Part shown: piece after piece, positions 42,158 to 52,414 of the stretch
How positions within the stretch are numbered: the first letter of the stretch is position 1
How the letters are laid out: each line of letters starts with the position of its first letter
Virus record (IMG/VR): IMGVR_UViG_3300048091_000425
DNA length: 64,000 nt
Reading direction: 5' to 3' (one strand)
DNA from: a virus
Notes under the pieces: generated by a model
The model's database searches: none
What the model was told of the DNA's origin: nothing
The model's input: the letters and a program-made list of their open reading frames with translations, nothing else
Translations under genes and position numbers: made by a program

Positions 42158-42160
42158 GCG

Positions 42161-43044
42161 ATGATCGACCCAAATGCCGAACGCCACGCCCTGCCCCTGA
42201 CTCTCGATCAGTTGACGCTCGTTCAAGAAATTCTCGAGGCCTCTCCACGTTTGTATCAGCCAGAGGTCTCGAAAGTACTTGGCCAGGTGCAAAAGCTCCG
42301 CAAGCAGGTATTAGCTGATCGAGCGCGGATGGCGAACTGCAAACACGAGTTTATCGAGTTCACGTATGGCCCTTATTGTCATAAGTGCCGCATGCCGGAA
42401 CCGGTAGACCTGAACAGCCTATCGTAAGGAAAGGAGCACCACCGATGGACAACACCACCCCCATAAGCGTCGTTTTGCCGCCCGACATGCAAAATCGCAT
42501 GGAAACCTACCTGCGTGCCGAAATGGCCTACTTCGGTCTCTCGGATCACGACAGTGAGGGCGCGCACCGCACGGCGGCGGAAATCTATGAGGCCACCTGC
42601 CGAAAAGTCGCGATGGGGCTGGTGAACTTGCTGCCACCCGTGTCCACTATGACCGGCACGTTGGGTGAGGCGATTGTCGAAAGTCGACGCTTCACGCCAG
42701 CCTTGAATCATCCTGATCACGACGCAGTTCACGCCGAAGACCTTGAGGATGCCATTCAAGCTGAAGAAAAGAAGATCGCCGATGCCACCCGGCGTCTCGC
42801 CAAGCTCAAAGGCCAAATGGACGTAGTGAAACACCCGAAACTGAAGCGAGATTATCCAGGGAAGCGCGTGCGCACCCTTTCTGATCTGAAGAACGGTCTT
42901 GGCATTATCCCTGCCGGCTCGCTGGCGCTGATCAAAAGCCAAAGTCCGAAAGGCTCGTCGCTCGAGATCGATACCTGTGGCCACTGCGGCTTTAAGCCGA
43001 TCATCAGTGCTATTCAGCCTGCTGATATCGAGTTCGTAGAATGA
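42161..43044 (+). other. Hypothetical genes 42161-42427 and 42445-43044
   Basis: Co-oriented ORFs with RBSs; CxxC motifs. Confidence 0.55.
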
Positions 43045-43568
43045 ACAGCAAGGCGCTCAAGATCGCGCAAGAGGCGCTCGATATCGCTTGGGATGGACGA
43101 CTGCCGGTTAATCCCGCGCTCCTTGCCAGCAAGCTCCTGGTCGACGTTAAAGACGCCGCTGGGGATGTGGTGAAGAGCACTATCGTTGTCCGTGGGGTTG
43201 CCGGCACAGAACTGTTGGGCGCCAGCAGCCAGGTCAGGCTTGAGCAGACGCCTGATGGCCTCAGATACCTCTGTGAGTACAACAGGGACGAGATCAGCTA
43301 CCGCAGCCGTTTCACTGTCGCACATGAAATCGGCCATATTCTTCTCGGGCACGTCCACGCGGGCGAAGCCATGCTGTGCCATCATGAATACGGCGATACC
43401 TCTCCGCAAATGACACAGGCCAACGCCTTCGCGGCGGCTCTGTTGATGCCTGAGCGTTTTTTGCGGCAGGTATTCGACGGCGTCAAATCCTTGCAGCAGA
43501 TGGCGGAGGTATTCGGCGTCTCGAACCAGGCCGCGAGCTACAGGATCAAGGCCCTGCGACTGCTGTAG
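43041..43568 (+). CDS. ImmA/IrrE-family metallo-endopeptidase
   Basis: RFTVAHEIGHILLGH (HExxH); QANAFAAALLMP; FGVS..AA.YR. Confidence 0.9.
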   Translation: MNSKALKIAQEALDIAWDGRLPVNPALLASKLLVDVKDAAGDVVKSTIVVRGVAGTELLGASSQVRLEQTPDGLRYLCEYNRDEISYRSRFTVAHEIGHILLGHVHAGEAMLCHHEYGDTSPQMTQANAFAAALLMPERFLRQVFDGVKSLQQMAEVFGVSNQAASYRIKALRLL

Positions 43569-43570
43569 TA

Positions 43571-43765
43571 TCAGGTTGGCGGATAGTCGTTGTCTTTAAC
43601 TTGCTTGGCTTGGGCGAGATGAGCGCTCTGCTGACCCGTGCTGGTGCCGGCCTGGGCACTGACACGACTGTGGGATTTTTCGAGGCGGTCGGCGCCGTCA
43701 GAGGCGTAGGCGCCAGCGGACGTGACAGCGAGAATGGCGGCAAAGATACTGCGATACATGTTCAA
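43571..43765 (-). CDS. Small secreted protein
   Basis: Signal peptide AYASDGADR. Confidence 0.55.
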   Translation of the reverse strand: MNMYRSIFAAILAVTSAGAYASDGADRLEKSHSRVSAQAGTSTGQQSAHLAQAKQVKDNDYPPT

Positions 43766-43917
43766 GCTCCGTTATTGCTCTTTGAAGCATCATCATATAA
43801 ACGCGACAAATAAATTAATCACTTATATCGCAAATCACTATTACCAAAAACGATACAAGTCTCGAAAAACTTGCAGCTTGACACCAATCTGCCTTCAGCA
43901 CTCGCTCCAGTGGTAGA

Positions 43918-45096
43918 ATGAGTCATTGGAAAGCCCAGTCCTACTGGCGGATGGCTCAAAGGTCAAAAATGCCTGAAACTCTCACAAAAAATAGAATCGA
44001 GAACCTCAAGAGCCTACTTGAGATTCATGATCTAACACCTCGCAAGCTATCTTTGACAGCTGGACTGGATGCATCCAGAGTCGGCTCAATACTGTCAGGC
44101 CGAAAAAACCTTTCTGATTCCGTGGCGAGAACCCTCGAAATTGCGCTTGATGTCCCTCCTAATATTCTGGATCAGTCAGCTTCGCTGCTGTTGGAATCAA
44201 AAGCGGCAGTTGAGCAAGAGCGTGCTCACGCCATCAATGCGTTTCTTGGTGATAGTCGCTGTATTAATCGCTACTGGAATGTTCGTGATCTAATGGAAAC
44301 AATGAAACCGGGTGAGTTCTCAACAAAGACCGGAATATTCCATGTTCATTGCTCGCAACTATTTTCAAAAAACCCTAGATATCGAGTTATAGATAGCAGA
44401 GCTAGATTGATTGAGGACGCTTTAGGGCTTACTCCACTTATCCTTGATAAAAGACATGAGTTAAACAACCTCGTTGAGCCACAACACATCGAAAGATTAT
44501 CCACTGAGACTATCGATATTCTCGGAACTGGCACGTACTTGAACCGCTACTTGAATATAAAAAATTACTTTTTGAGCAACCGTCTCACCTACAACCAGAT
44601 TGACACTATTGTGGGTTTTAAACTCAGAGCCTCGGAAAAGCTGGCAGATCCTCCTAAAAATGTGATCGACACTGACTCTGCGCGAGCCTTTGAGCGGCAT
44701 TTCAACCTGGAGCCAGGTGCTGTCGACCAGTTCGTCCCAGCTTTTGATTACGCTTCCCATCAATCGAGCTTCATCATCGGTGAGAAGGCCTTCAATGAAA
44801 TCAAGTCTGGTATTCCGTTGTACCGCTACGTGAACACCAAACGAATTTTGCATGAGCGCGGCATGGCGCTGATCGAATTTGTACCCATGCTTGAACGCAC
44901 CAAAGCCTTTGTTTTTGGGATGCTTTCTGACAGCGTAATCAGCAAAATTGGCGACCAGTCGGCCCGGCGTATTGAACAGGCGCTTGGCCTAAAGCCCCTG
45001 AGTTTGGACGTCCAAAAGACTTTCAGGGTTTTTAAGACTCCGCCTGGCTCCAAACACAATAGAGCCTTGTCGCCGGATACAGACCTTCAGCCGTAA
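43918..45096 (+). CDS. Protein with four tandem cI/XRE-like HTH domains
   Basis: Four ~80-90 aa units: (N/Y)R..N.....AR.(I/L/F)E..(L/F).(L/V).P..(L/V)D. Confidence 0.75.
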   Translation: MSHWKAQSYWRMAQRSKMPETLTKNRIENLKSLLEIHDLTPRKLSLTAGLDASRVGSILSGRKNLSDSVARTLEIALDVPPNILDQSASLLLESKAAVEQERAHAINAFLGDSRCINRYWNVRDLMETMKPGEFSTKTGIFHVHCSQLFSKNPRYRVIDSRARLIEDALGLTPLILDKRHELNNLVEPQHIERLSTETIDILGTGTYLNRYLNIKNYFLSNRLTYNQIDTIVGFKLRASEKLADPPKNVIDTDSARAFERHFNLEPGAVDQFVPAFDYASHQSSFIIGEKAFNEIKSGIPLYRYVNTKRILHERGMALIEFVPMLERTKAFVFGMLSDSVISKIGDQSARRIEQALGLKPLSLDVQKTFRVFKTPPGSKHNRALSPDTDLQP

Positions 45097-45175
45097 TCGG
45101 CAAAAAACCGCCTTCTCGGCGGTTTCTTATTGTCCGTATCAGCGGCCTACAGCACCGCCCCAGGCTTCGCGAGAC

Positions 45176-45778
45176 TCAATCCGCAACCTTGACCCGCTCC
45201 GGGTTCCACAAGCGCTCAGCGGCCCACAGAGGCTGTTTCCCCTGGAACACCTTGATCGCGGCGATGTAGGCGTCGTAGGTCTGCCGGTCGAACACTGTCC
45301 AGGCCTTACCCAGATTCTTGGCGGTCTCCAGCGCCGACTGAAACTTCTCCAGGTCTTCAGCCTGGTCGACTTTTTTGGAGGCAAACAATGCATCCAACAG
45401 CACCTTGTCGAGCGGAGGGTGCAAGGCGCGCACCTTCTCATGCTTCTCGAAGCCGGCGCAGACGATCTTCAACTTCAAGTACATGTTGACGAGCTTCTGA
45501 GCCCGGCCATAGGTGCATTGGAGCGGAACGACCTGCTTATCCTTGTTGGTGTAGCGGATCGGCAAGCTCGCGGCCATAACCTGGTGGATACGCTCATGAA
45601 TGAAGGCATCCATCTGGTCGGCGGCAGGCAGGTCATCCGGGGTGTTGATCTCGTTAAGTTTCGAGTTCTCGATCAGCTGACGAGCCACAGCAATTGTGTG
45701 GCCAGGCCCCTGGCGGGAGTAGGCACGACCCGCTCCCCAAACAGCCAACCGGTGACGGTGCTCGATAATGTCGTACAT
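45176..45778 (-). CDS. Hypothetical protein
   Basis: RBS AAGGAG; YGRAQKLVNMYLK and LHPPLD motifs. Confidence 0.65.
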   Translation of the reverse strand: MYDIIEHRHRLAVWGAGRAYSRQGPGHTIAVARQLIENSKLNEINTPDDLPAADQMDAFIHERIHQVMAASLPIRYTNKDKQVVPLQCTYGRAQKLVNMYLKLKIVCAGFEKHEKVRALHPPLDKVLLDALFASKKVDQAEDLEKFQSALETAKNLGKAWTVFDRQTYDAYIAAIKVFQGKQPLWAAERLWNPERVKVAD

Positions 45779-45840
45779 GGGCAACTCCTTTCTTGTGGCC
45801 ACCCCAGGGATTGGGGCGGACATCTCCTTGGTGGTGCGTC

Positions 45841-47166
45841 TTACTGCCCGCTGACGATAAGCTGAGCGCTATGTTCGATTATGTATTTGGTTCCATTCCG
45901 GTCAAAGAACTCGACCCACAACGGCGTCTCGCCCACGCGAAATACCTGCTGTGCAGTGCCGAAAATCCAATGCCCGGCACGCTCTCGACAGTCAAGCCGG
46001 CCAAGTGGCGCTTGGCGTATTTGGCCATTCTCAACAAAAGCGCGCCCAGTGACCGGGTACGTCAAGTCCAGCAATCGTTTGTCAATCATGGAAATCCTTT
46101 GCTGGCGGGCTTAAACATACAGCCGCAGATCAATGTGGTTACCGTTCAGCGATTGGTGCACGGCGGTAAGGACGTCCAACTCCGCAATATGGCGGTTGCG
46201 CAGGACGACCACCTGAGGATTCTCGGAAGTTAGGTCGGCGATGACTGCCTTAAGGCGCAACATGGCTTGTTCGATGAGCTGAACGGCTTGCTTCGTGTTT
46301 GTTTGGTTGACCATGATTATTGAGCAGCTCCAAAAGGCAAATGAAAAGTCGCCATTGCTTTCACCAAATCTAGGTTGGCCTCTTTGACCATATCGCCGAC
46401 CAGACGCATTTCGTGGGTCTGGAGCGTGATCCGATGGTTGCGCAGGTCACGCTGAACATCTGCAAACACATCCTGAATGAGGGTGAGCTCATCGAAGAAG
46501 CCCTCCCTACCCTGTTCCGTATGAAACTGGTGTTCCGCATTTGCGTTGCTGCGCTGGGCCTCCTCCACCTGGAATTCGCCGTAGCCCTTCAAATGGGCCA
46601 GGTAAATCATCAATTGCGGTTTGGTCACCGGCTTCTTGCTTAGCGCTTGCAGCAGGTTGGCCGGCGTTGGGGATTGGGTTGTCTGCACGATGATTCCTTA
46701 TCATGTGGGTCGCAACCAGTGCGACTCTCGTACTGAAAAAGCCCGCAACGGAGGCGGGCTTTGGGAGCTAAGGCATAACCTATTTCCAATAAATCAGGGT
46801 ATCAGGCGAGACCAGAACATCACCGCGATGAAGCACCAAAACACACTTGCCGGAGCGCTGTTCGCGCTCAATGAAACAGTCATGCACAGGGACGGTGTTG
46901 AAGCGGCCTTCGTTACATTCGTCTTGAACCAACAAATATGGCTCTCGACCTCCGTCGATTTGCGTACCACTGAGTTTTCCGCCAGCGACATAATCGGCTG
47001 CAGTTGTAGTGCGTCCCGACGTTGTGATGTCTTTGACGAGTGGGTCACCTTCACGAACAGGGCCAATTCGCTTTGCCAATGACAGACGAGCGCTACGCAC
47101 CGCAATTGCAGATCCAGCTGCGTATGCTGCCCGGCCTATTTCCTTGCGTTGCGACGTGCTTGGCAT
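45841..47166 (-). other. Four small hypothetical genes (45841-46089, 46111-46314, 46317-46688, 46780-47166)
   Basis: Co-oriented ORFs. Confidence 0.5.
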
Positions 47167-47370
47167 ATCCCATCCCTCTTATTTCAAAATGGCCATGGAT
47201 TCTACCGTCGATGGCCTTTGCCGCCTGCTGAATATAGCCCAGTTCTGATAGCCATCCAATATTTATTTGTAATACATTTAATTAATGCAGAAACACGAAA
47301 GGATCCTTGCTTGTGTGAAAACGGATCCTCTATGCTGGATACAGAACGCCACTATTTAAAGAGAATTGTC

Positions 47371-48114
47371 ATGGCAGATCGTCCGCTGTTCGTTGTCGCT
47401 CTACCCCTCACCGCCAACACCGAATTGCACGCTGAGGACGCCGGCGCTGTTGGCGTTTATGAGCTGATCGCGGACACGTCCACTCCTAGCGGTGTAGCCG
47501 CTGCCAGCGCCCTGGAGTCGTTTCACACAAGAGTCGCCATCTCGTACCCTGAGGATTTTGTCATCAAAGTCGTCGACCCGATGGGAAGACGGGTGATCGA
47601 GCCAAGTGATGAAGACCAACCCTTGGTTCTACCATTCCAAAAAATCAGCTCTGTTGTTCGTGGCTGGATCGCAGACTTGGTCGATGGCGTAGAACCTATC
47701 GTAGAGACCCCTGGACACAGGAAGTCCACCGTGTTGGTTGTCGCAGTGCCTGTCCGGCCACAAGCGGAACTACACCCGTACGACAAGGGTGTTCGCGGTG
47801 TGTATTCGGTCGACATTACTGAATCCAATTTGACCGATGCCCAGAAGGCTGCAAGCGCTGTGAATTCCTTCCACCTCACCGTTGCGGTGGAGGTACCGGA
47901 GGACTTCCAGATCACGGTCGTTGATGCGTTCGATAAGATCCTGGAAGCGGGTGCAGAACCAGAGTCTCGTGCGTTCTACTGCGAGATAGTCACTTCGGGG
48001 ATATCAAAGGACATGCTGGCGCTGGTGGGCGCTCCAGTGATTGAGGAAAAACGTGAGAGCAAGCCAGCGGCTTCCCGCCGCGAAGACGACGACGACCTCT
48101 CCCCTAGCCTCTGA
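47371..48114 (+). CDS. Hypothetical protein with internal duplication
   Basis: VVA.P....ELH..D.G..GVY...A.SA..SFH..VA...PEDF.I.VVD twice. Confidence 0.7.
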   Translation: MADRPLFVVALPLTANTELHAEDAGAVGVYELIADTSTPSGVAAASALESFHTRVAISYPEDFVIKVVDPMGRRVIEPSDEDQPLVLPFQKISSVVRGWIADLVDGVEPIVETPGHRKSTVLVVAVPVRPQAELHPYDKGVRGVYSVDITESNLTDAQKAASAVNSFHLTVAVEVPEDFQITVVDAFDKILEAGAEPESRAFYCEIVTSGISKDMLALVGAPVIEEKRESKPAASRREDDDDLSPSL

Positions 48115-48288
48115 TTCCAGCAGTTACAAAAAACCCCGCATGGCGCAAACCAGCGGGGTTTTCTCTTTGTACCGGAGTCACACTTCTTTCGATGAGGACG
48201 GGCGCTTACACCAGCGTGCGGAACCTGTTGGAAGTATCCAGGTTAACACGGGAAACAATCCACATGAAATGCCTGGCACCGGCTTAAC

Positions 48289-48939
48289 TCATGGTCGCGG
48301 CCCTTCTTCCTCGCGATTTTGCCAATCCTCTTCGAAATTGATGTCCACCCCATCGGTCTCAGGAAAATAAGGCTCTTCCTCAAGATCAGGTGCTGGAGCA
48401 TCCAACGATTCCGCCTTTACAGCCGCGTACTCCTCTGGGTACTTCAGAATCAGCCGCGCTTTGCCGCGATCCATCGATTCTCCCAGTAAGTTGAGACCCT
48501 GCCACTTGGTCTTGTCGTGGATACGGGAGTCGGTGATACCCAGGCCGATGCCCCAGATTTTGTCGTTCTTGGCCGCTTCCACCATCAGGGTGTCGAGTGA
48601 CTTGAACAGATCCAGGCGCTCTTTCGGATTCTGATCGAACCTGGCAAAGACAATGGCATCTTGAATCCCGCTACGCCGGGCGACCCAAACCTCTTCAACA
48701 TAGCCCTTAACCTTGCGACCTAATGCCTTGTGATCACCAGGCCACTTCGCAGCCAGGATCTGATCTGCGATCTCTTTGTCCCCAAACAGCATGGCTTTTG
48801 AGAACATCATCGCCTGCTCGCCGCAGTTGAACTTATAGCCCTTGATGGTGAAATCCATCATGTACCAATTCGACGGTGGGCAGGTCTTGTCGTAGAAGAA
48901 CGTGTACTTCCCGACGGTTATCATGTTGCTCATTGGCAT
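48289..48939 (-). CDS. NADAR (YbiA-family) ADP-ribose/N-glycosidase
   Basis: FNCGEQAMMFSKAMLFGD, KALGRKVKG, VEAAKNDKIWGIG, GLNLLG. Confidence 0.92.
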   Translation of the reverse strand: MPMSNMITVGKYTFFYDKTCPPSNWYMMDFTIKGYKFNCGEQAMMFSKAMLFGDKEIADQILAAKWPGDHKALGRKVKGYVEEVWVARRSGIQDAIVFARFDQNPKERLDLFKSLDTLMVEAAKNDKIWGIGLGITDSRIHDKTKWQGLNLLGESMDRGKARLILKYPEEYAAVKAESLDAPAPDLEEEPYFPETDGVDINFEEDWQNREEEGPRP

Positions 48940-49466
48940 GCCCTCTTTGGATCGTAGTCAGTCCCTTGCGCCAACCCGGCCTGCCAGGCCGCTGAGAGCG
49001 ATGGGTCGCGTTTGAAGAAGCTTGGGCAGTCAGTGCCCCTTTCGGAGAAGAACGCCATCCAGGTGACCTTATGGAGCACCTCGCGGTGACGCATGGCGGG
49101 AGGGATATGGCCTAGCTTGCGGCCCTCCACTCTCAGCACCTTGGCCACCGCCTGGTCAGCCAGGATCTGCATATTCCCTTTTTCGTACTGAGCACGCAGG
49201 TCGATCAGATCGTTCAGGGTGGGCTCGGTTGGCGCCGGTGGAAGATCGATCTTCGGGGTTTTCCAGGGCTCACCGCTGTACATCGAATCGCGAAAGCACT
49301 TGAACAGCCAGAGGTACTGGGGGCCGGCTTCCGTGGCGATCATCTGCAGCTTGTCGAGTGCGGCAACGCCGATGTTGTAGACCCTGGACTCGTCCGAAGC
49401 GCTGAAGAACCAGTCGGTGCTTTTGAGCTGGTGGTAGAACTGCGCAAGCGTAGGCTGCTGATTCAT
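48930..49466 (-). CDS. Hypothetical protein
   Basis: Coupled to NADAR; DWFFSASD motif. Confidence 0.6.
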   Translation of the reverse strand: MNQQPTLAQFYHQLKSTDWFFSASDESRVYNIGVAALDKLQMIATEAGPQYLWLFKCFRDSMYSGEPWKTPKIDLPPAPTEPTLNDLIDLRAQYEKGNMQILADQAVAKVLRVEGRKLGHIPPAMRHREVLHKVTWMAFFSERGTDCPSFFKRDPSLSAAWQAGLAQGTDYDPKRACQ

Positions 49467-49778
49467 GTATAACCCTGATGGTTCAGCCGCACCGCCCAGC
49501 GCCAGCAGAATCGTGGGCAGGCAGTCCTCAGAGCGTTGTAACGGCTGTGATGCGGTATTGATCTATCCATCATAGAGCGTGCGCCGGTACGGCATCAACT
49601 AGACAGGCCTCCAGATGAATCGTGTCAATTGACGCCACGTCAAGCAATTTAAGGCCTTTGTCGGCGCATTCCGATGAACGTGACCACAGCCATTAAAAAA
49701 AGTTCCAAACAAATTGCGCTATTGTTTGGCCATGGGTAGACTCCGCGCCCTCATTAAAGCACAACGCCATCTAAAATC

Positions 49779-50486
49779 ATGATCAAGTCCACTTTTTTCA
49801 CCCTTATTACAGCGGCCCTGGCCTTTTTCCCAGTCGATGGTTCTGCGTTGCCAATGCGCCCGGATGCCAGCAAATTAAACCAATCGCACGTGCGATGCGG
49901 CGTGATGGGTAAATACGACGTCAGCGTCCCTTTCACCATTCGCAGCGTCACGACCGAAATGGAAACGCTCAACCCGGCTGAGGTTTGCGACTCCAGGCTG
50001 AAAAAGCTCGAAATGAAGTTGCAGGTCAATAGCCTCCAGACCGTCAGCGCCGACAGCTGGGTCAGAACACCCGTGGCCGATTACAGCCTGATAATTGAGC
50101 CGTCTGACCAAGCCCCTACCGTCAAAACAGGGGCCCTGATCAAAAAACTGTACAGCCGGGAAAGTTATGAGAGCGGCAATGGCTTCCCTTCTCAGGCCCC
50201 TGAGCGAGTCAAAGGGCTGGTGTTCATCAAGGGATCAAAGTTCGAGGGTGCGGAATTTCGCGATGATTTTTACTTGAAAAGCGATAGCCGTGGAAACCTC
50301 GAGTACATGATCCACTGCCTGATCGGCGCCAACGAGGCGGGCCAATGCAAGATGGCTTTCTCCCCCAGCGATATCGACTTGAACATGGTGGTCACCATCG
50401 CATCCTCAGACATCGACAACTACCGGGGCATTGCGAACGCGGCCAAGACCGTCGTCCGCACCCTGATCAAGAAACAAGACACTTAA
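49779..50486 (+). CDS. Secreted/periplasmic hypothetical protein
   Basis: Signal peptide; four Cys; convergent with the pilV cluster. Confidence 0.65.
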   Translation: MIKSTFFTLITAALAFFPVDGSALPMRPDASKLNQSHVRCGVMGKYDVSVPFTIRSVTTEMETLNPAEVCDSRLKKLEMKLQVNSLQTVSADSWVRTPVADYSLIIEPSDQAPTVKTGALIKKLYSRESYESGNGFPSQAPERVKGLVFIKGSKFEGAEFRDDFYLKSDSRGNLEYMIHCLIGANEAGQCKMAFSPSDIDLNMVVTIASSDIDNYRGIANAAKTVVRTLIKKQDT

Positions 50487-52402
50487 TACATGACGTCGAT
50501 GTAAACGACACCGCTCCGGCCAGCTGCCGTTTGGATAAGAAGGCCAACCGTGTCGTAGGTGACGTACCACTGACCCACTTCGGTATTGCCGCCAGAGCCA
50601 TAGCCGAAGGGTGACTTCCCGCCTTGGATGGTTCCAAATCCTTGGCCATAGCGTTGAGACCCGCTATTTCCTTGTCCGTAATAGACCGGGCCTCCTCCGG
50701 CACCAGGAATGAAGTTTGCAGGAGCTGGGCCACACGTACCAGCACTAGCGTAAGTGGCGTATGGCCCATCTGCAGCAGGTGAAACAGTTGGCCATTTAGG
50801 CTTGCCAGAACCCGTAATGATCATCGTAACGCCACCTGGCCCAACCCCATTGTAGCCGTCGATTCCGCCCATTGCGGCGCCACTGCCGCCCGCACACTCC
50901 AGCAGCGTTCCATTGGTCGCCGAGACGACCTTGCTGGAAGTCCCGTTAAAACCCACCGTCCCATCTTCACCACCTGGTGGAGGGTTGTAGTAGGTGTAGG
51001 GCAACCCAGGGGCTGCTACCCAAGCCGGGTTTGTAACAGGGTTAACACCTTTACCACCCACACCTACTTCAATGGTCAGGGTTTCTCCGGGAACCAATGT
51101 GACCGGGTGGTTGTAGACATAACCGCCGCTATGGCCACCAGATTGCATACTCCAACTACGCCATCCGAGCCCCGACGAACCTCCGCCAGCCATGCTGATC
51201 TGAGCACCGGTGACGCCCTGAGGAACGACCCAGGTGCCATTACTGGTATAGGTAAAACGATACATTTTCGGCGGGTCAGAGATCCCTTTCCACTTCCCTT
51301 CCTGGCACGACACCATTTCATATTTGGCGTTCACGCCCATCGCACCGTTGGCGGTACATGGGGTGCCGTCCGATTTGATTCCTTGAAAGAGTACTGGAGT
51401 TGCAGAGGTAATCTTGCCGCTCACATTCAACCGATTGAGGCGGCTGGACGCACTTGGGTTGAGCGTATAAGCCGCGTTGTCCGCGTCAATCAATTGCGAA
51501 CCGATGGCCTTGCCGGTTTTTACCGAGATGTCCCCGTGATTTACCTGAAGTGCTGTTTGCGCCGAGGTAAGACCGGCGTTAGAGCGAATTCCATTCTGAA
51601 CATACAGTCGCCCCATCTGCTCAACGTCCGCACTCACAATCACCCCAGCGCCAACCGCAGGTACCAAGGTGGCTGTTTTGGCGGAGCTATTACCAATGAC
51701 CAGGGGTTGACCGACCAGGTTCTGAATTCGGCTGACCCCGGTAATCATCCGGGAGGCTAACGTGGGGCCGCTCATCACTAATGGCACATGCAAGCTGCTC
51801 TTGCCATCAGTCCGGATCCAAGCGTCATCCGAAGGATTGGTTCTGGCAACGATGTTTATCGCACCCGTTTTTGGATCAGAGTTGACTGACAAGTGGGTGC
51901 TGGAGAACTGAGGTTGGTTAGCCAACCTGTTGCCTGCTGCCACCACAAGCGCGGCCACCCCAGACAGATCCGAGCGGGCCGCTGCCCCACCAACCGTCAT
52001 CACTTGGTACGGTGACACCTGCAAGGTCGCTGTGGTGAACTCTTTAGGTGCGATGCCGGCGACCGTTATCGATGTTTTGATACTGACCATGCCACCTGGA
52101 ATTGGAACTGCCGTCGTCGCCGCTGGAAAACTGCAGGGCAAATACTCAATCGCTGAAAGGCCGCCGCAGGATGCTGGTTTTAGCCAATTCGAACCAAACT
52201 GGTCGACTGGCTGGGATGGGTTGGCAGCGATCCACTTACGCAAGGCGTTGGTGTATTCGAGTAGCACGTGCCCTGTTTGACGAGCCTGATCAATCTGGAG
52301 ATCGCTGGTTTTGCTCGAAAAATTGAGCATGAGGGCGAACATCGTCAGGCTGACTGCCAGAATCAATTCAAGTAGGGTAAAGCCGCGTTGATTACGTTTC
52401 AT
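50483..52402 (-). CDS. pilV: PilV-like type IVb pilus tip adhesin, paralogue 3
   Basis: G/FTLLE prepilin cleavage motif; W.KP..CGG..YLPC; C..NG..C..GKW linker; Gly-rich C-terminus. Confidence 0.75.
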   Translation of the reverse strand: MKRNQRGFTLLELILAVSLTMFALMLNFSSKTSDLQIDQARQTGHVLLEYTNALRKWIAANPSQPVDQFGSNWLKPASCGGLSAIEYLPCSFPAATTAVPIPGGMVSIKTSITVAGIAPKEFTTATLQVSPYQVMTVGGAAARSDLSGVAALVVAAGNRLANQPQFSSTHLSVNSDPKTGAINIVARTNPSDDAWIRTDGKSSLHVPLVMSGPTLASRMITGVSRIQNLVGQPLVIGNSSAKTATLVPAVGAGVIVSADVEQMGRLYVQNGIRSNAGLTSAQTALQVNHGDISVKTGKAIGSQLIDADNAAYTLNPSASSRLNRLNVSGKITSATPVLFQGIKSDGTPCTANGAMGVNAKYEMVSCQEGKWKGISDPPKMYRFTYTSNGTWVVPQGVTGAQISMAGGGSSGLGWRSWSMQSGGHSGGYVYNHPVTLVPGETLTIEVGVGGKGVNPVTNPAWVAAPGLPYTYYNPPPGGEDGTVGFNGTSSKVVSATNGTLLECAGGSGAAMGGIDGYNGVGPGGVTMIITGSGKPKWPTVSPAADGPYATYASAGTCGPAPANFIPGAGGGPVYYGQGNSGSQRYGQGFGTIQGGKSPFGYGSGGNTEVGQWYVTYDTVGLLIQTAAGRSGVVYIDVMY

Positions 52403-52414
52403 GGCCGCTTCCCA

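Noticed and set aside
50966-50980. TTCACCACCTGGTGG resembling the CRISPR repeat
   Set aside because: Single copy inside the pilV coding sequence (Pro/Gly codons), with no 5-nt loop or handle
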